A stretch of 63,082 nucleotides of DNA from Burkholderiales bacterium (GCA_035574195.1 DATLZE010000170.1:1-63082), one strand, 5' to 3'. Shown: positions 40,301-52,692, counted from the stretch's first letter. A program made the numbers and translations. The notes: generated by a model not told the origin, from the sequence alone.

Positions 40301-43300
40301 TGATCAGCGTCATCGAGGACATCACCGCGCGCAAGGAGCTGGAACGGCGCTTCGAGCTGACGTTCGACCACGCCGGAGTCGGCATGACCCAGGTGAGCCT
40401 GGAAGGAGTTCTGCTCCAGGCCAACCAGAGATACGCCGAGCTGCTGGGCTACACCCGCGAGGAGCTGTGCGGGCGCCCGGTGCTCGATTTCACGCACCCG
40501 GAGGACCGGGCTGACACCCTGGAGGCGAGAAGGAAGCTCATCTCCGGCGAGGCCGGGAGCGTGCAGAGCGAGAAACGCCTGCTGCGCAAGGACGGGCGCG
40601 CGATCTGGGTCAACCGCACGGTATCGCTCGCGCGCGACGAGTCGGGAAAGCCGCGCTATTTCGTCAGCGTCATCGAGGACATCACCGCGCGCAAGGAAAC
40701 CGAGGAGCGCTACCGCGCGACCTTCGATCACGCGCCGATCGGCATCATGCACACGGCGCTCGACAGCTATCGCATTCTCCAGGTCAATCCCAAGCTGTGC
40801 GAGATGCTCGGCTACACGCGCGAGGAGCTGCTCGGGATGACGAGCTCGGATGTCGTGCACCCGGACTACCGCTTCCAGGACCGGGCCGAGTACATGGAGA
40901 AGATGCTGCGCGGCGAGATCGCCTCGTTCACCTCGGAGCGCCTCTTCGTGCGCAAGGACGGCACGCCGCTCTGGGTCAACCGCACGGTGGCGCTCGCGCG
41001 CGACGGCGCCGGCAATCCGCTGCACTTCATCCGCATCGTGGAGGACATTTCGGAGCGCAAGCGCGCCGAACAGGAGCTCGAGCGCAAGAACGCGATGACG
41101 CGACTGCTCGAGGAGCTTGCGCGCGCCGCGAACGAGGCGGCCACGCCCGAAGCGGCGATGCGCTCCTGCCTCGAGCGCATCTGCGCGCACGGCGGCTGGG
41201 CGCTCGGGCGGCTCGGCATCTACGGCGCCGGTGCGGACGAGGGCTTCCCCGGGATTTCCTACTGGCATCCGCTGCGGATCGCTCCATACCAGAGCCTCGT
41301 CGCCGCTTCGGGCACCGACTCCTTCTTCGCGCGCGGCGGCCAGTTCATCAGCGTGGTGCTGAAGGAGCAGCGGCCGGTGTGGATCGCCGACATCGCCGGC
41401 TGCCCGGGATTCGGCCGGCAGCAGGCGGCGCTCGCGTGCGGGCTGCGCTCGGCGTTCGCCTTCCCCGTGATCGTGGAGGGCAAGGTTGCGGCGTTCCTGG
41501 AATTCTTCGGGACGGCGCCGCGCGAGCCCGATCCCCTGCTCATGGAGGCGGCGCAGGCCGTGGGCAGCCAGCTCGCGCGCCTGATCGAGCGCTCGCGCGC
41601 GGCGAGGACCGCGGAGCGGATCGCTGCGATCGTGGAATCCTCGCCGGACGCCATGATCAGCATCGGGCTGGACGGCACCATCCTCAGCTGGAACCGGGGC
41701 GCGCAGGAGATCTTCGGCTACCCGGCGCAGGAGGCGCTCGGGCGCAACGTGAGCATGCTCTTTCCCGAGGAGCGGCGGCACGAGATCGGCAGCACGAGAT
41801 CGGCGATCCTCGCCGGCGAGACGGTGCGGGCGAAGGACACGGAACGGCTCGCCCGGGACGGCCGGCGCGTGCAGGTTTCGCTCAGCGCCTCGCCGCTCAG
41901 GGACGGCGCGGGCGAGGTGACCGGCATCGCCCTCGTGTATCGCGACATCACCGAGCGCAAGCAGGCGGAGGAGGCGATCGCACGCGAGCGCGCGCTGCTG
42001 CGCACCATCATTGACGCGCTGCCCGATTACATCTTCGTCAAGGACCGCGACGGCCGGTTCCTCCTCGCCAACGAGCCCTGGCTCAGGGCGCGGGGAATGA
42101 AGCTCGAGGAGATCGTCGGCAAGACGGTGTACGACGTGTTCCCGCGCGAGATGGCGCAGAGCATGGCGGAGCAGGACGAGAAAGTCGTCGCGACCGGCGA
42201 GCCGCTGCTCGACCACGAGACCATGGTGGCGGCGAAGGACGCCGCGAGCGGGGAGGCGGTGTACCGCTGGTCGCTCACGAGCAAGGTGCCGCTGCGCGAC
42301 GCCACGGGCGCGATCATCGGCACGGTCGGCATCGCCCGCGACATCACCGAGCGGCAGCTCGCCGAGCAGGCGCTGCGCGAGAGCGAGGAGCGCTTCCGCG
42401 CGATCTTCGAGCAGGCCGGGGTGGGCATCGCGCTGCGCGCGATCGAGCCGCGCAACCCGCGCTGGCTGCGCGTCAACCAGAGGCTCGCCGACATCTTCGG
42501 CTACACCCAGGAGGAGATGCTCGGACTCACCTCGGTGGACCTCACCCCTGCCGAGGAGCGCGCCCAGGCGATCGAGTTCAACGAGCGGCTCGCCAGCGGC
42601 GAGCTCACGAGCTACACGCGCGAGAAGCGCTACGTGCGCAAGGACGGCCGCGTGATCTGGGCGCGCGTCTCGCTCGCGACCGTGCGCGGAGCCGACGGCC
42701 GGCCGAAGAGCGTCGTGTCGGTGATCCAGGACGTGACCGAGCAGGTGATCGCGGCGCGCCGCCGCGCGATGCAGAGCGCGGTCACCGGCGTGCTCGCCGA
42801 GGCGACGACGGTGGAGGAGGCGATGCCCAAGCTCTGCCGCGCCATCTGCGAGGCGATGGACTGGGCCTACGGCGCGTGGTGGCTCTGGAGCGAGCAGGAG
42901 AACGGGCTGGCCCGTGCCGGTTACTGGTGCAGTTTCGAGCCGCAGTTCGAGGAATCCGACCGCCAATACTGGTTCAAGCTCGGTTCAGGCGGCGGGGGGC
43001 TGGTGAGGCGGGCATGGCGCGAGCAGGAAGCCACCTGGCTCGCCGACATCGGGCAGGAGGAAAGCTTTCTGCGCAGGGCAAGCTGCGCGAAGCTCGGCTG
43101 GCGCAGCGCCTATGCGTTTCCGATCCTCGCCGGCACCGAGGTGATCGGCGTCATGGAGTTCTTCGGGAGCGACTCGCGCTCGCCGGGAGAGGCGCTTTCG
43201 CCGGTCTCGCGCACGGTCGGCAGCCAGATCGGCCAGTTCATCCAGCGCAAGCGGGCGGAGCAGGCGCTGCGCGAGAGCGAGGAGCAGTTCCGCCAGCTCG

Positions 43301-45375
43301 CGGGCAATATCCCGCAGGTGTTCTGGATTTCGGACGCCGCGCAGAAGCGCACGCTCTACCTGAGCCCCGCGGCGCAGACCCTGCTCGGGCGGCCGCTGGA
43401 GGCGCTCCTCTCCCGCCCCCGGCTGCTGGTGCGCGCGGTGCACCCGCAGGACCGCCCGCGCGTGCACGCCGCCCACAAGAGCGCGGCGAGCGGCGGCTAC
43501 GACCTGACCTACCGCGTGGTGCGCCCCGACGGGACCATCCGCTGGGTGCAGGACCGGGCATTCCCGGTGCATGATGCCGAAGGCCGGATCTACCGCATCG
43601 CCGGCATCACGGAGGACGTGACCGAGCGCAAGCTCGCGGAGGAGCGGCTGCTGCACCTCGCGCACTACGACGTGCTGACGAGCCTGCCCAACCGCGTGCT
43701 GTTCTACGACCGGCTGAAGCAGGTGCTGGCGCAGGCGCGGCGCAACCAGTGGACCGTGGGCGTCATGTTCATAGACCTGGACCGCTTCAAGAACGTGAAC
43801 GACACGCTCGGCCACTCCGTCGGCGACCGGCTGCTGCAGCAGGTCTCGGAGCGCCTCATGCGCGCGGTGCGCACCGGCGACACCGTGGGGCGGCTCGGCG
43901 GCGACGAATTCGCCATCGTGCTCTCCAACCTCGCGAGCGCGCAGGACGCGAGCCTGGTCGCGCAGAAGATCATGGCGAGCTTCAGCGAGCCGTTCAAGCT
44001 GGAAGGAACCGAGGTTTACGTCACGGCGAGCATCGGCATCACGCTGTATCCGGACGACAGCACCGACCAGGACACGCTGATCAGGAACGCCGACACCGCG
44101 ATGTACCGGGCGAAGGAAGTGGGGCGCAACAGCTACCAGTTCTACACGCCCGAGATGAACGCGCGCACGCTGGAGCTGCTCGGCATGGAGAACAGCCTGC
44201 GCCGCGCGCTCGACCGCGACGAATTCCTGCTCTACTACCAGCCCAAGGCGAGCATCGCCGATGGCGACATCGTGGGCGTGGAGGCCCTGCTGCGCTGGAA
44301 GCATCCGGAGCGGGGTATGGTCTCGCCGGCCGAGTTCATGCCGGTGCTCGAGGAGACCGGGCTCATCGTGTCGGTGGGCAACTGGGTGTTGAGGAGCGTG
44401 TGCGCGCAGATCAAGGCCTGGGAGCGGGCCGGGATCCGGCCAGTGCCGGTCGCCGTGAACCTGTCCGCCCGCCAGTTCGCCACCCGCGACCTGGGGGCGA
44501 CGATCAAGCGCGTCATCGAGGAGCACCGCGTGGATCCCCGGCTGATCGAGCTCGAGATCACGGAGAGCTCCCTCATGGCGAACACCGAGGAGGCGGTGAG
44601 GACGCTCGAGTACCTGAGCGGCCTCGGCGTGCGGCTCTCGATAGACGACTTCGGCACCGGCTACTCGAGCCTGGCCTACCTCAAGCGCTTCCCGCTCGAC
44701 GCGCTGAAGATCGACCGCTCGTTCGTCGCCGACCTCACCACCGACGCCGACGATTCCACCATCACCCGCGCGGTGATCTCGATGGCGCACAGCCTGGGGC
44801 TCAAGGTGGTCGCGGAAGGCGTCGAGACCGAATCGCAGCTCGCGTTCCTCTCCGAGTACGGCTGCGACGAGATCCAGGGCTATTATTTCGCGCGCCCGAT
44901 GCCCGCGGAGGAATGCGGCGCCTGGCTCAAGGAGGACCGCCGCCTGAAGCGCGCCCGTCCCGGCCCCGCCTCGGACGCGCCGGTGGTGCTGCTGGTGGAC
45001 GACGACGAGGACGCGCTCGCGCTGCTGCGGCGCTCGCTCGCCAAGGACGGCTACCGCATCCTCGCCGCGCGCAACGCGCACGAGGCGCTCGGGCTGCTCG
45101 GCGAGCAGCCGGTGGACGTGGTGATCTCCGACCAGAGCATGCCGGGCATGCCGGGCGTGGAATTCCTGCAGCGCGTGAAGGCGCTCTCGCCGCGGACGGT
45201 GCGCATGATGACGAGCGGCTACACCGATTTCCAGGCGATGACCGACGCGGTCAACAAGGGCGAGATCTTCCGCTTCCTGCCGAAGACCCTGAGCGAGGAG
45301 CGGCTGCGGGCGGATGTGCGCGAGGCGCTGCAGCTGCGGCTGCAGGCAGTGGCGCGCAACGGCCACCCGGCATGA
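37321..45375 (+). CDS. Giant REC-PAS-GAF-GGDEF-EAL-REC protein (2684 aa)
   Basis: By eye 2 REC, about 10 PAS and 4 GAF domains; RTGD..RLGGDEF and [17 protein letters not shown] intact. Confidence 0.92.
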   Translation: MGNISPGLSAVIVLNVLLLEDQDEDALLVERALRGTGCAYTLKRARNRAEFVAQLDPALDLVLSDFHLPDFDALGALDHLKERGLDIPLILVSGEAREEEVLAAVRRGAADFLSKDRLVRLGAVIRSVLEQRALRQQAREVQLALERSREELDFAFENAAIGIALTTLDGRWLRVNPALARLIGYTEAELLATDCRSVTHPDDAPRDIELLEKLVAGELGTAQHEKRYIHKLGHAVWTQVTASLVRDHEGRPRHCMLQVLDTTRRKQVEERLQALFEQAAVGIAHTTLEGTILEANRKLAEILGYSAQALRGMTTRELTHPEDRDRQDALRLELISGARRSFGGEKRCVRADGRVIWVHRTVTLARPAAGGAPYLVQVFEDITERKLAELALHDSERRYAELVDSVEGIVWEADPRTLQFTFVSRRAERLLGYPLERWLKEPAFWRDHLHPDDREWALAYCVKATAEGRPHDFEYRMIAADGRVVWLRDIVNVTVEGGRPVRTQGVMVDITAAKLAEERLQRVNRARRVLAECSHALVYATSERELLQAMCRIVVESGGYVQAWIGLAQDDERKSVLPAASAGFEEGYLEKKSVTWAGGEENPHTMGRVIATGRRYISQNIFTDPPSLHLVERGRLRGFQSLIGLPLHVGGRCIGGFAICAREPDAFGEEEVALLETLAQDLSYGIASLRAEAARRAAEEKVRRLARARKVMAECNHVQMHATDETEMLERMCRILVESGGYKMAWVGLPTGDSARPIRPVAHAGYGDDAPMTGPVAWDEAGRYRGFMHEVITTGVPHIARDILNDPAHARRRARALQHGFQSSIALPLESGGAILGAIAVYAREPDAFDEEEIALLTELAGDVAFGLSSLRERAARRAAEASLHESEQRFREIFEQAAVGLTRVDLDGVLVEVNQKFCDLLGYTREELLGKTIKDITHPEDYGKGARYREGLAQGPAQPESGEKRFIRKDGTAVWVRRTLSAACDESGRPKYVISVIEDITARKELERRFELTFDHAGVGMTQVSLEGVLLQANQRYAELLGYTREELCGRPVLDFTHPEDRADTLEARRKLISGEAGSVQSEKRLLRKDGRAIWVNRTVSLARDESGKPRYFVSVIEDITARKETEERYRATFDHAPIGIMHTALDSYRILQVNPKLCEMLGYTREELLGMTSSDVVHPDYRFQDRAEYMEKMLRGEIASFTSERLFVRKDGTPLWVNRTVALARDGAGNPLHFIRIVEDISERKRAEQELERKNAMTRLLEELARAANEAATPEAAMRSCLERICAHGGWALGRLGIYGAGADEGFPGISYWHPLRIAPYQSLVAASGTDSFFARGGQFISVVLKEQRPVWIADIAGCPGFGRQQAALACGLRSAFAFPVIVEGKVAAFLEFFGTAPREPDPLLMEAAQAVGSQLARLIERSRAARTAERIAAIVESSPDAMISIGLDGTILSWNRGAQEIFGYPAQEALGRNVSMLFPEERRHEIGSTRSAILAGETVRAKDTERLARDGRRVQVSLSASPLRDGAGEVTGIALVYRDITERKQAEEAIARERALLRTIIDALPDYIFVKDRDGRFLLANEPWLRARGMKLEEIVGKTVYDVFPREMAQSMAEQDEKVVATGEPLLDHETMVAAKDAASGEAVYRWSLTSKVPLRDATGAIIGTVGIARDITERQLAEQALRESEERFRAIFEQAGVGIALRAIEPRNPRWLRVNQRLADIFGYTQEEMLGLTSVDLTPAEERAQAIEFNERLASGELTSYTREKRYVRKDGRVIWARVSLATVRGADGRPKSVVSVIQDVTEQVIAARRRAMQSAVTGVLAEATTVEEAMPKLCRAICEAMDWAYGAWWLWSEQENGLARAGYWCSFEPQFEESDRQYWFKLGSGGGGLVRRAWREQEATWLADIGQEESFLRRASCAKLGWRSAYAFPILAGTEVIGVMEFFGSDSRSPGEALSPVSRTVGSQIGQFIQRKRAEQALRESEEQFRQLAGNIPQVFWISDAAQKRTLYLSPAAQTLLGRPLEALLSRPRLLVRAVHPQDRPRVHAAHKSAASGGYDLTYRVVRPDGTIRWVQDRAFPVHDAEGRIYRIAGITEDVTERKLAEERLLHLAHYDVLTSLPNRVLFYDRLKQVLAQARRNQWTVGVMFIDLDRFKNVNDTLGHSVGDRLLQQVSERLMRAVRTGDTVGRLGGDEFAIVLSNLASAQDASLVAQKIMASFSEPFKLEGTEVYVTASIGITLYPDDSTDQDTLIRNADTAMYRAKEVGRNSYQFYTPEMNARTLELLGMENSLRRALDRDEFLLYYQPKASIADGDIVGVEALLRWKHPERGMVSPAEFMPVLEETGLIVSVGNWVLRSVCAQIKAWERAGIRPVPVAVNLSARQFATRDLGATIKRVIEEHRVDPRLIELEITESSLMANTEEAVRTLEYLSGLGVRLSIDDFGTGYSSLAYLKRFPLDALKIDRSFVADLTTDADDSTITRAVISMAHSLGLKVVAEGVETESQLAFLSEYGCDEIQGYYFARPMPAEECGAWLKEDRRLKRARPGPASDAPVVLLVDDDEDALALLRRSLAKDGYRILAARNAHEALGLLGEQPVDVVISDQSMPGMPGVEFLQRVKALSPRTVRMMTSGYTDFQAMTDAVNKGEIFRFLPKTLSEERLRADVREALQLRLQAVARNGHPA

Positions 45376-45379
45376 GGCG

Positions 45380-45410
45380 GTTCGGCGTTCGAGCCTCGAA
45401 GCTCGCGGAA
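45380..45410. repeat. Heptad-periodic repeat (family B, partial)
   Basis: GTTCGGC GTTCGAG CCTCGAA GCTCGCG. Confidence 0.45.
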
Positions 45411-45459
45411 TCGCCCCTGCTCCATCGAGGATTCGCCGGGGCCGCGACCGGCGAATTCC

Positions 45460-45828
45460 TCACTCGACCACGATCGCCGCGACGACCCTGCGGCCCTCGG
45501 CCGCGAGAATATTGTAGGTGCGGCAGGCGGCCCGGCTGTCCATCACCTCGAAACCGACCCCGGTGGCGGCGAGCGCGCGCGCGAGCTCCGGCCGCAGCAA
45601 GCGCTGCACCGCGCCCGTGCCGACGATCACGATCTCGGGCTTGAGCGTCGCGACGAACGCGAAGTCGGCCTCGGTCAGCGCCCCGGCGCCGCTCACGCTC
45701 CACTCCATCACCGCCTCCGGCGTCACCAGCACGCACTTTTCGTAGCGCACGCGGTTGACGGCGACGTAACCCGCGCCATAGCCGGAGACGAGCTGGCGGC
45801 CTTCGCCGGATATCGGATGCAGCTTCAC
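45460..45828 (-). CDS. Mth938-like domain protein
   Basis: PEIVIVGTG...GFEVMDSRAACRTYNIL; GTG start inferred. Confidence 0.88.
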   Translation of the reverse strand: MKLHPISGEGRQLVSGYGAGYVAVNRVRYEKCVLVTPEAVMEWSVSGAGALTEADFAFVATLKPEIVIVGTGAVQRLLRPELARALAATGVGFEVMDSRAACRTYNILAAEGRRVVAAIVVE

Positions 45829-45896
45829 GCTCTCAATGATAACCTTTTGATTTTGTGGATGGTAGAATTCGCTTTTTTTCGCCTCAGCGAGCCGCA

Positions 45897-47081
45897 ATGG
45901 AAGAGTTTCCCCGCATCAAGCGCCTGCCGCCGTACGTGTTCAACGTCACCGGGGAGCTCAAGCTCGCGGCGCGCCGCCGCGGCGAGGACATCGTGGACTT
46001 CAGCATGGGCAATCCCGACCAGCCCACGCCGCGGCATATCGTCGAGAAGCTGATCGAGGCGGTGCAGCGCCCCGACACCCACCGCTACTCGGTGTCCAAA
46101 GGTATCGTGCGGCTGCGGCGCGCGATCTGCAACTGGTACCAGGGCCGCTACGGGGTCGAGCTCGACCCCGACTCGGAGGCGATCGTCACCATCGGCTCGA
46201 AGGAGGGCATCGCGCACCTCGCGCTCGCGACCCTGGACACCGGAGACATCGTGCTGGTGCCCAATCCCAGCTATCCGATCCACATCTACGGGCCGGTCAT
46301 CTCGGGCGCCGACATCCGCCACGTGCCGATGGCCCCGGACACGGACTTTTTCGAGGCGCTCGAGCGCTCGATCCGCGACTCCTATCCCCGGCCCAAGATG
46401 CTGATCGTCAATTTCCCGAGCAATCCGACGACACAGTGCGTGGACCTCGCCTTCTTCGAGCGGCTGGTCGCGATCGCGCGCGAGCACCACATCTACGTGG
46501 TGCACGACCTCGCCTACGCCGACATCGTGTTCGACGGCTATCGCGCGCCCTCCATCATGCAGGTCGCGGGCGCGCGCGAGATCGCGGTCGAGTTCTTCAC
46601 CATGTCGAAGAGCTACAACATGGCGGGCTGGCGCGTGGGCTTCATGGTCGGCAATCGCGACCTGGTCACCGCGCTCGCGCGCATGAAGAGCTACCACGAC
46701 TACGGCATGTTCACGCCGATCCAGGTCGCCTCGATCATCGCGCTCGAAGGCCCCCAGGACTGCGTCGAGCAGGTGCGCAGGACCTATCAGAGCCGGCGCG
46801 ACGTGCTGTGCGCGGGGCTGAAGGCGCTCGGCTGGCAGGTGGAGGTGCCGAAGGCCACGATGTACGTCTGGGCGCCGATTCCCGCGCCGTACCGCGCGCT
46901 CGGCTCGCTCGAGTTCTCGAAAAAGCTGCTCGCGGAGGCGAAGATCGCGGTGGCGCCCGGCGTCGGCTTCGGCCACTACGGCGACGGCCACGTGCGCTTC
47001 GCGCTGATCGAGAACGAGGCCCGCACGCGCCAGGCCCTGAGAGGCATCCGGGACATGTTCAGGAAGGACGGCGTTCTGTAG
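45897..47081 (+). CDS. alaC: PLP-dependent class I/II aminotransferase (AlaC-like)
   Basis: [35 protein letters not shown]. Confidence 0.85.
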   Translation: MEEFPRIKRLPPYVFNVTGELKLAARRRGEDIVDFSMGNPDQPTPRHIVEKLIEAVQRPDTHRYSVSKGIVRLRRAICNWYQGRYGVELDPDSEAIVTIGSKEGIAHLALATLDTGDIVLVPNPSYPIHIYGPVISGADIRHVPMAPDTDFFEALERSIRDSYPRPKMLIVNFPSNPTTQCVDLAFFERLVAIAREHHIYVVHDLAYADIVFDGYRAPSIMQVAGAREIAVEFFTMSKSYNMAGWRVGFMVGNRDLVTALARMKSYHDYGMFTPIQVASIIALEGPQDCVEQVRRTYQSRRDVLCAGLKALGWQVEVPKATMYVWAPIPAPYRALGSLEFSKKLLAEAKIAVAPGVGFGHYGDGHVRFALIENEARTRQALRGIRDMFRKDGVL

Positions 47082-47094
47082 CGAGGCGCGAGAG

Positions 47095-48405
47095 ATGAGA
47101 CCGATCAACGTCGGGCTGCTCGGCATCGGCACGGTGGGCGGCGGCACCTTCACGGTGCTCGCCCGCAACCGGGAGGAGATCGCGCGCCGCGCCGGCTGCG
47201 CGATCACCATGAAGCTCGTCGCGGACAGGGACCTCGAGCGGGCGCGACGCGTGGTCGCCGGCCGCGCCGCGGTCACCGCCGACGCGCTGGAGGTGGTGAA
47301 CCATCCGGAGATCGACATCGTGGTGGAGCTGATCGGCGGCACCACCGCGGCGAAGGAGCTGGTGCTCCAGGCGATCGCCAACGGCAAGCACGTCGTCACC
47401 GCGAACAAGGCGCTGCTCGCGCTCCACGGCAACGAGATATTCGCCGCGGCGCAGGAAAAGGACGTGATGGTCGCGTTCGAGGCGGCGGTGGGCGGCGGCA
47501 TCCCGATCATCAAGTCGCTGCGCGAGGGGCTCACCGCCAACCGCATCGAATGGATCGCCGGCATCATCAACGGCACCAGCAACTTCATTCTTTCCGAGAT
47601 GCGCGAGCGGGGCATCTCCTTCGAGCAGGCGCTCGAGGAGGCGCAGCGGCGCGGCTACGCCGAGGCCGACCCCGCTTTCGACATCGAAGGGGTGGACGCG
47701 GCGCACAAGCTCACCATCATGGCGGCGATCGGATTCGGAATCCCGATGCGGTTCCACTCCGCCTACACCGAGGGCATCTCGAGACTCGCGCAGCAGGACA
47801 TCCGCTACGCGGAGGAGCTCGGCTACCGCATCAAGCTCCTCGGCATCACCAAGCGCAAGAGCAGCGGCATCGAGCTGCGGGTGCACCCGACGCTCGTTCC
47901 TGCGCGCCGGCTCATCGCCAACGTCGAGGGCGTGATGAACGCGATCCTGGTCAAGGGCGACGCCGTGGGGCAGACCCTGTATTACGGCGCGGGGGCGGGA
48001 GCGGAGCCCACCGCCTCCGCCGTGGTGGCGGACCTGGTGGACGTGGCGCGCATGCTCACCGCCGACCCGGAGCACCGCGTTCCCCACTTCGCGTTCCAGC
48101 CGGGCGCGCTCGCGGACACGCCGATCCTGCCGATGGGCGAGGTCGAGACCCGCTGCTATCTGAGGATGCGGGTGCAGGACCGGCCGGGGGTGCTCGCCGA
48201 CATCGCGCGGATCCTCGCCGACAGCGCGATCTCGATCGAGGCGATGGTGCAGAAGGAGCCGCACAAGGGCGAGGAGCAGGTGGACATCGTGATGCTCACC
48301 CACCTCGCGCTGGAGAAGAACGTGGACGCCGCGATCGCGCGCATCGAGCGGCTGCCGGCGGTCGTGGGCAGGGTCACGCGCATCCGCCTCGAAGAGCTCG
48401 ACTGA
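47095..48405 (+). CDS. hom: Homoserine dehydrogenase
   Basis: [22 protein letters not shown]-terminal ACT. Confidence 0.96.
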   Translation: MRPINVGLLGIGTVGGGTFTVLARNREEIARRAGCAITMKLVADRDLERARRVVAGRAAVTADALEVVNHPEIDIVVELIGGTTAAKELVLQAIANGKHVVTANKALLALHGNEIFAAAQEKDVMVAFEAAVGGGIPIIKSLREGLTANRIEWIAGIINGTSNFILSEMRERGISFEQALEEAQRRGYAEADPAFDIEGVDAAHKLTIMAAIGFGIPMRFHSAYTEGISRLAQQDIRYAEELGYRIKLLGITKRKSSGIELRVHPTLVPARRLIANVEGVMNAILVKGDAVGQTLYYGAGAGAEPTASAVVADLVDVARMLTADPEHRVPHFAFQPGALADTPILPMGEVETRCYLRMRVQDRPGVLADIARILADSAISIEAMVQKEPHKGEEQVDIVMLTHLALEKNVDAAIARIERLPAVVGRVTRIRLEELD

Positions 48406-48407
48406 AA

Positions 48408-48462
48408 GGCTCCGGGTTTCGTTTTCGCTGCCGGATTCCATGCTCGGAACTCGAAACCCGGG
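48408..48462. repeat. Heptad-periodic palindromic repeat (family B)
   Basis: Perfect arms CCGGGTTTCG (48412) / CGAAACCCGG (48452); shares CTCGAAACCC with 27749 and 30794. Confidence 0.65.
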
Positions 48463-48466
48463 AAAC

Positions 48467-49582
48467 ATGTACTCCGGTTTGATAGACAAGTATCGCGACC
48501 GCCTGCCGGTGGCGGCCGATACGCGCGCCGTCACGCTCGGCGAGGGCGCGACCCCTCTCATCGAGCTCAAAAACCTGCCGCAGGCCGCCCGGCGCGGAGT
48601 GCGCGTCTACGCCAAGCTCGAGGGCGCCAATCCGACCGGCTCGTTCAAGGACCGCGGCATGACGATGGCGGTGACGCAGGCGCTGGAGGAAGGCGCCCGC
48701 GCGATCATCTGCGCCTCCACCGGCAACACTTCGGCCTCCGCCGCCGCCTACGCGGCGCGCGCCGGCATCGCCTGCTTCGTGCTGATCCCGGAGGGGAAAA
48801 TCGCGCTCGGCAAGCTCTCGCAGGCGATGATGCACGGATCGGTCGTGATCCAGATCCGCGGCAATTTCGACGACGGCATGCGGCTCGTCCAGCAGGTGGC
48901 CGCGCGCGCGCCCGTCGCCATCGTCAACTCGGTCAATCCCTACCGCATCCAGGGCCAGAAGACCGTCGCCTTCGAGGTGCTGGAGGCGCTGGGCGAGGCC
49001 CCCGACTACCACGCGCTGCCGGTCGGCAACGCGGGCAACATCACCGCCCACTGGGTCGGCTACTCGGAGTCGGCCGGTCTCGATACGGCCGCGCTCGAGC
49101 CCGCCGAGGGAATGCGGCCGTACGGCAGGCGGAAGCTGGCCGCGCGGCGGCCGGCGATGCTGGGATACCAGGCCGCGGGCGCCGCGCCGATCGTGCGCGG
49201 CCGCCCGGTGGAGAATCCGGACACGGTCGCCACCGCGATCCGCATCGGCAACCCGGTGTCGTGGCGGCAGGCGGTCGCGGCGGCACGGGAGTCAGGCGGC
49301 TGGTTCGCGCAGTGCAGCGACGAGGAAATCCTGCGCGCGCAGGCGCTGCTCGCGCGCTCGGAGGGCGTTTTCTGCGAGCCGGCTTCCGCCACCGCGCTCG
49401 CCGGGGTGCTGAAGGACCTGGAGGCGGGCAAGATCCGGGACGGCGCTCTCGTCGTGTGCACGCTGACCGGCCACGGCCTGAAGGACCCGGACACGGCGAT
49501 CGCGAGCAGCGCGAAGCCGGTGACGGTGCAGGCGGAGCTCTCCGCGATCGAGCAGGTGATCCTGCCGCGCCTCGAGCGCTAG
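48467..49582 (+). CDS. thrC: Threonine synthase (short type)
   Basis: [27 protein letters not shown]; follows hom. Confidence 0.95.
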   Translation: MYSGLIDKYRDRLPVAADTRAVTLGEGATPLIELKNLPQAARRGVRVYAKLEGANPTGSFKDRGMTMAVTQALEEGARAIICASTGNTSASAAAYAARAGIACFVLIPEGKIALGKLSQAMMHGSVVIQIRGNFDDGMRLVQQVAARAPVAIVNSVNPYRIQGQKTVAFEVLEALGEAPDYHALPVGNAGNITAHWVGYSESAGLDTAALEPAEGMRPYGRRKLAARRPAMLGYQAAGAAPIVRGRPVENPDTVATAIRIGNPVSWRQAVAAARESGGWFAQCSDEEILRAQALLARSEGVFCEPASATALAGVLKDLEAGKIRDGALVVCTLTGHGLKDPDTAIASSAKPVTVQAELSAIEQVILPRLER

Positions 49583-49599
49583 GCCGCGGCGTGCAGGTT

Positions 49600-50277
49600 T
49601 CACGCATGATCGTTGCGGCAGACGAGAACCGTGTCGTAGCCGAAGAGATTGGCCCGCTGCACCGAGCGCACCTCGAGCCTGGCCGACTCGACGAGCGCCT
49701 CGAGCTCCAGATCGCAGCGGTAGCGCAGCGGGCGGTAGAACGGCGCGAGCAGCCGCTCGCAGGCGCGCTCCAGCGCGGCGTGCGAGCGGAAATGGTTGAC
49801 GATCACGATCGTGCTTCCGGGCCGGCACACCCGCATCATTTCTCGAAGCGCGCGCACCGGGTTCGCAAGCCCCGAGAGGGCGTACATGACGGCGGCCTTG
49901 TCGAACCAGCCGTCGGGAAACGAGAGCTTCTCGGCGTCCATTTCGAGCAACGCTTCGACCTGCGTGAGCCGCAGCCGCCTCACGCGCGCCTCGGACCGCG
50001 CCAGCATCTCGCGCGAGATGTCCACGCCGGTGATTCGGGCGTGCTCGGGGTAGAGCGGGAGCGACAATCCCGTGCCGACGCCCACCTCGAGAACGCGCTC
50101 GCCCGGCGCGCAATCGAGCGCCCTCACTGCGAGCCGGCGGCCGTGTTGCAGGCTCGCTCCGAAAACCCAGTCGTAGAAGGGCGCGAGCGCGCCGTAGGCC
50201 TGCCTCACCTGCCGCAGCACGCCGTCCCCGCGGTGGTGGCGCGCGCCCGCCTGCGCTTCTCCGTGCACTTCATCCAT
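49600..50277 (-). CDS. Class I SAM methyltransferase (PmtA-like)
   Basis: VLEVGVGTG, GVDIS, VNHF. Confidence 0.8.
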   Translation of the reverse strand: MDEVHGEAQAGARHHRGDGVLRQVRQAYGALAPFYDWVFGASLQHGRRLAVRALDCAPGERVLEVGVGTGLSLPLYPEHARITGVDISREMLARSEARVRRLRLTQVEALLEMDAEKLSFPDGWFDKAAVMYALSGLANPVRALREMMRVCRPGSTIVIVNHFRSHAALERACERLLAPFYRPLRYRCDLELEALVESARLEVRSVQRANLFGYDTVLVCRNDHA

Positions 50278-51118
50278 TCGATCCTCCCTTTTCGAATCGC
50301 ATCGAAAAATCCACCGCCTTCACGTCCTTGGTGAGCGCCCCGATCGAGATGCGGTGCACGCCGGTCTCGGCGACCGCGCGCACGTTCGCGAGCGTGATGC
50401 CGCCCGAGGCCTCCAGCTCGGCGCGCTCGCCCGCGATCCGCACCGCCTCGCGCATCGTCTCGAGGTCCATGTTGTCGAGCAGGATCAGGGTCGCGCCCGC
50501 CTCCAGCGCCTCGCGCAGCTGCTCGAGGGTCTCGACCTCGACCTGCATCCACATCCCGGGCGGCGCGGCGCGGCGCGCGGCGGCGATCGCGGCGCGGATG
50601 CCTCCCGCCGCGGCGATGTGATTTTCCTTGATCAGCACCGCGTCGTAGAGCCCCATGCGGTGGTTCGCGCCGCCGCCGACGCGCACCGCGTACTTCTGCG
50701 CCGCGCGCAGACCCGGCAGCGTCTTGCGGGTGTCCACGATTCTTGCCCGCGTGCCGGCGACCGCCTCGACGTAGCGGCGGGTTTCGGTCGCCACGGCCGA
50801 GAGCAACTGCAGGAAATTGAGCGCGGTGCGCTCGGCGGTGAGCAGCGCGCGCGCCTGCCCCCGGACCTCGCACACCCGGGCGCCGGGCGCGATGCGCGCG
50901 CCTTCCGCCGCCAGCCACGACACGGCGGCGCGCGCGTCGAGGCGGCGGAAGCACGCTTCGAACCAGCCCTGCCCGCAGAGCACGGCTTGCTGACGGCAGG
51001 TCACGGTGGCGCGCGCGCTCCGGCCCTCCGGCAGCAGCCGAGCGCTCACATCCCCGCTGCCCACGTCCTCGGCGAGCGCCGCGGCGACGTCGCGCTCGAT
51101 CGCAGATGCCAAATCCAT
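50270..51118 (-). CDS. nadC: Nicotinate-nucleotide pyrophosphorylase (carboxylating)
   Basis: DTRKTLPGLR, NHRMGLYD, LIKENH, EASGG. Confidence 0.96.
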   Translation of the reverse strand: MDLASAIERDVAAALAEDVGSGDVSARLLPEGRSARATVTCRQQAVLCGQGWFEACFRRLDARAAVSWLAAEGARIAPGARVCEVRGQARALLTAERTALNFLQLLSAVATETRRYVEAVAGTRARIVDTRKTLPGLRAAQKYAVRVGGGANHRMGLYDAVLIKENHIAAAGGIRAAIAAARRAAPPGMWMQVEVETLEQLREALEAGATLILLDNMDLETMREAVRIAGERAELEASGGITLANVRAVAETGVHRISIGALTKDVKAVDFSMRFEKGGSNG

Positions 51119-51166
51119 CGTTTTCCTCTATATTTGATTCGATTCTAGCGCATCGGAGGGGGCGCG

Positions 51167-52690
51167 ATGGACGGCATGCTGGGCGTCATCACCTACAGCA
51201 TCGGCACCGTGCTGGGGCTGGCGGTGATCGCCGGGTTGTTCCTGCTCATCATCTACGACGTCACCCAGAAGAAGCACACGGTGCTGCGCAATTACCCGGT
51301 CGTCGGGCACCTGCGCTTCTTCTTCGAGAACCTCGGGGAATACTTCCGCCAGTACTTCTTCATGGGCGATCGCGCCGAGATGCCGTTCAACCGCGCGACG
51401 CGCTCGTTCGTCTACCGGCTGGCGAAGGGCGAGGGGAGCATCATCGGCTTCGGCTCGACCAACGACCTGCGCGAGCCGGGTTCGATCATCTTCGTGAACC
51501 ATCCCTTCCCGGTGCTGGAGGAGGACCGCCTGCCCACGCCTTCGCTGACGATCGGCGAGGGCTACTGCGAGCGGCCCTTCGAGGCGCGCTCGATCGTCAA
51601 CGTGAGCGGCATGAGCTACGGCGCGATCTCGGCGCCCGCGGTGCGCGCGCTCTCGCGCGGGGCGGCGCTCGCCGGCTGCTGGGTGGATACCGGGGAGGGC
51701 GGGCTCTCGCCTTATCACCTCGAGGGCGGCTGCGACATCATCATGCAGATCGGCACCGCCAAGTACGGCATCCGCAATCTCGACGGCACCTTCTCTCCGG
51801 AGAAGGCGAAGGACATCGCGCAGCGCGTTAAGGCCTTCGAGATCAAGCTCTCGCAAGGCGCGAAGCCGGGCAAGGGCGGCGTGCTGCCGGGCGGCAAGGT
51901 GACCGAGGAGATCGCGCGCATCCGCGGCATCCCGCCGGGCAAGGACTCGATCAGCCCCAACCGCCACTACGACATCGCGAACATGGAGCAGTTGCTCGAC
52001 CGCATCGCGTACCTGCGCGATCTCACCGGGCGGCCGGTCGGCGTGAAGACCGCGATCGGGGGCTGGGAATTCATCAACGAGCTGTGCGATGCCGTGCTGC
52101 GCCGGGGCAAGGAGTATGCGCCGGACTTTCTCACCATCGACGGCGGCGAGGGCGGCAGCGGGGCGGCGCCCCAGACGCTGATGGACCACATGGCGCTGCC
52201 GATCGCTGAGGCGCTGCCGCGGGTGGTGGACTCGCTGATGCAGTCCGACCTCAAGAGCCGCATCCGGGTGATCGCCGCCGGCAAGCTCGTCACCTCCGCC
52301 CGCGCGGCGTGGGCGCTGTGCGTGGGGGCGGATTTCGTCAACACCGCGCGCGGCTTCATGTTCGCGCTCGGCTGCATCCAGGCGCTGCGCTGTCACACCA
52401 ACACCTGCCCGACCGGGGTCACCACGCACAACAAGCGGCTGCAGCGCGGCCTGGTGGTGGAGGAGAAGTACCTGCGCGTGGCGAACTACTGCATCAATAT
52501 GAACAAGGAGATCGACATGATCGCGCATTCCTGCGGCTGCCGCCATGCGCGAGAGCTGCGGCGCGAGCACGTGCGGATCGTGCAGACCGCCAACCAGAGC
52601 ATTGCGCTCAACATGCTCTATCCCTATCCGGTGGTCGGATCGCGCGCGGCGGCGAGGCGCGCGGCGGAGGCGGCGAGCGCCGCCGCGTAA
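51167..52690 (+). CDS. FMN-binding glutamate synthase family protein
   Basis: MSYGAIS, DTGEGG, EIKLSQGAKPG, CIQALRCHTNTCPTG. Confidence 0.88.
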   Translation: MDGMLGVITYSIGTVLGLAVIAGLFLLIIYDVTQKKHTVLRNYPVVGHLRFFFENLGEYFRQYFFMGDRAEMPFNRATRSFVYRLAKGEGSIIGFGSTNDLREPGSIIFVNHPFPVLEEDRLPTPSLTIGEGYCERPFEARSIVNVSGMSYGAISAPAVRALSRGAALAGCWVDTGEGGLSPYHLEGGCDIIMQIGTAKYGIRNLDGTFSPEKAKDIAQRVKAFEIKLSQGAKPGKGGVLPGGKVTEEIARIRGIPPGKDSISPNRHYDIANMEQLLDRIAYLRDLTGRPVGVKTAIGGWEFINELCDAVLRRGKEYAPDFLTIDGGEGGSGAAPQTLMDHMALPIAEALPRVVDSLMQSDLKSRIRVIAAGKLVTSARAAWALCVGADFVNTARGFMFALGCIQALRCHTNTCPTGVTTHNKRLQRGLVVEEKYLRVANYCINMNKEIDMIAHSCGCRHARELRREHVRIVQTANQSIALNMLYPYPVVGSRAAARRAAEAASAAA

Positions 52691-52692
52691 GG

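Noticed and set aside
35785-42966. 2393-aa minus-strand ORF and other long antisense ORFs (e.g. 6774-9353, 2267-4369, 42985-45366)
   Set aside because: They mirror well-supported plus-strand genes; high-GC codon bias removes antisense stops; no recognisable motifs.
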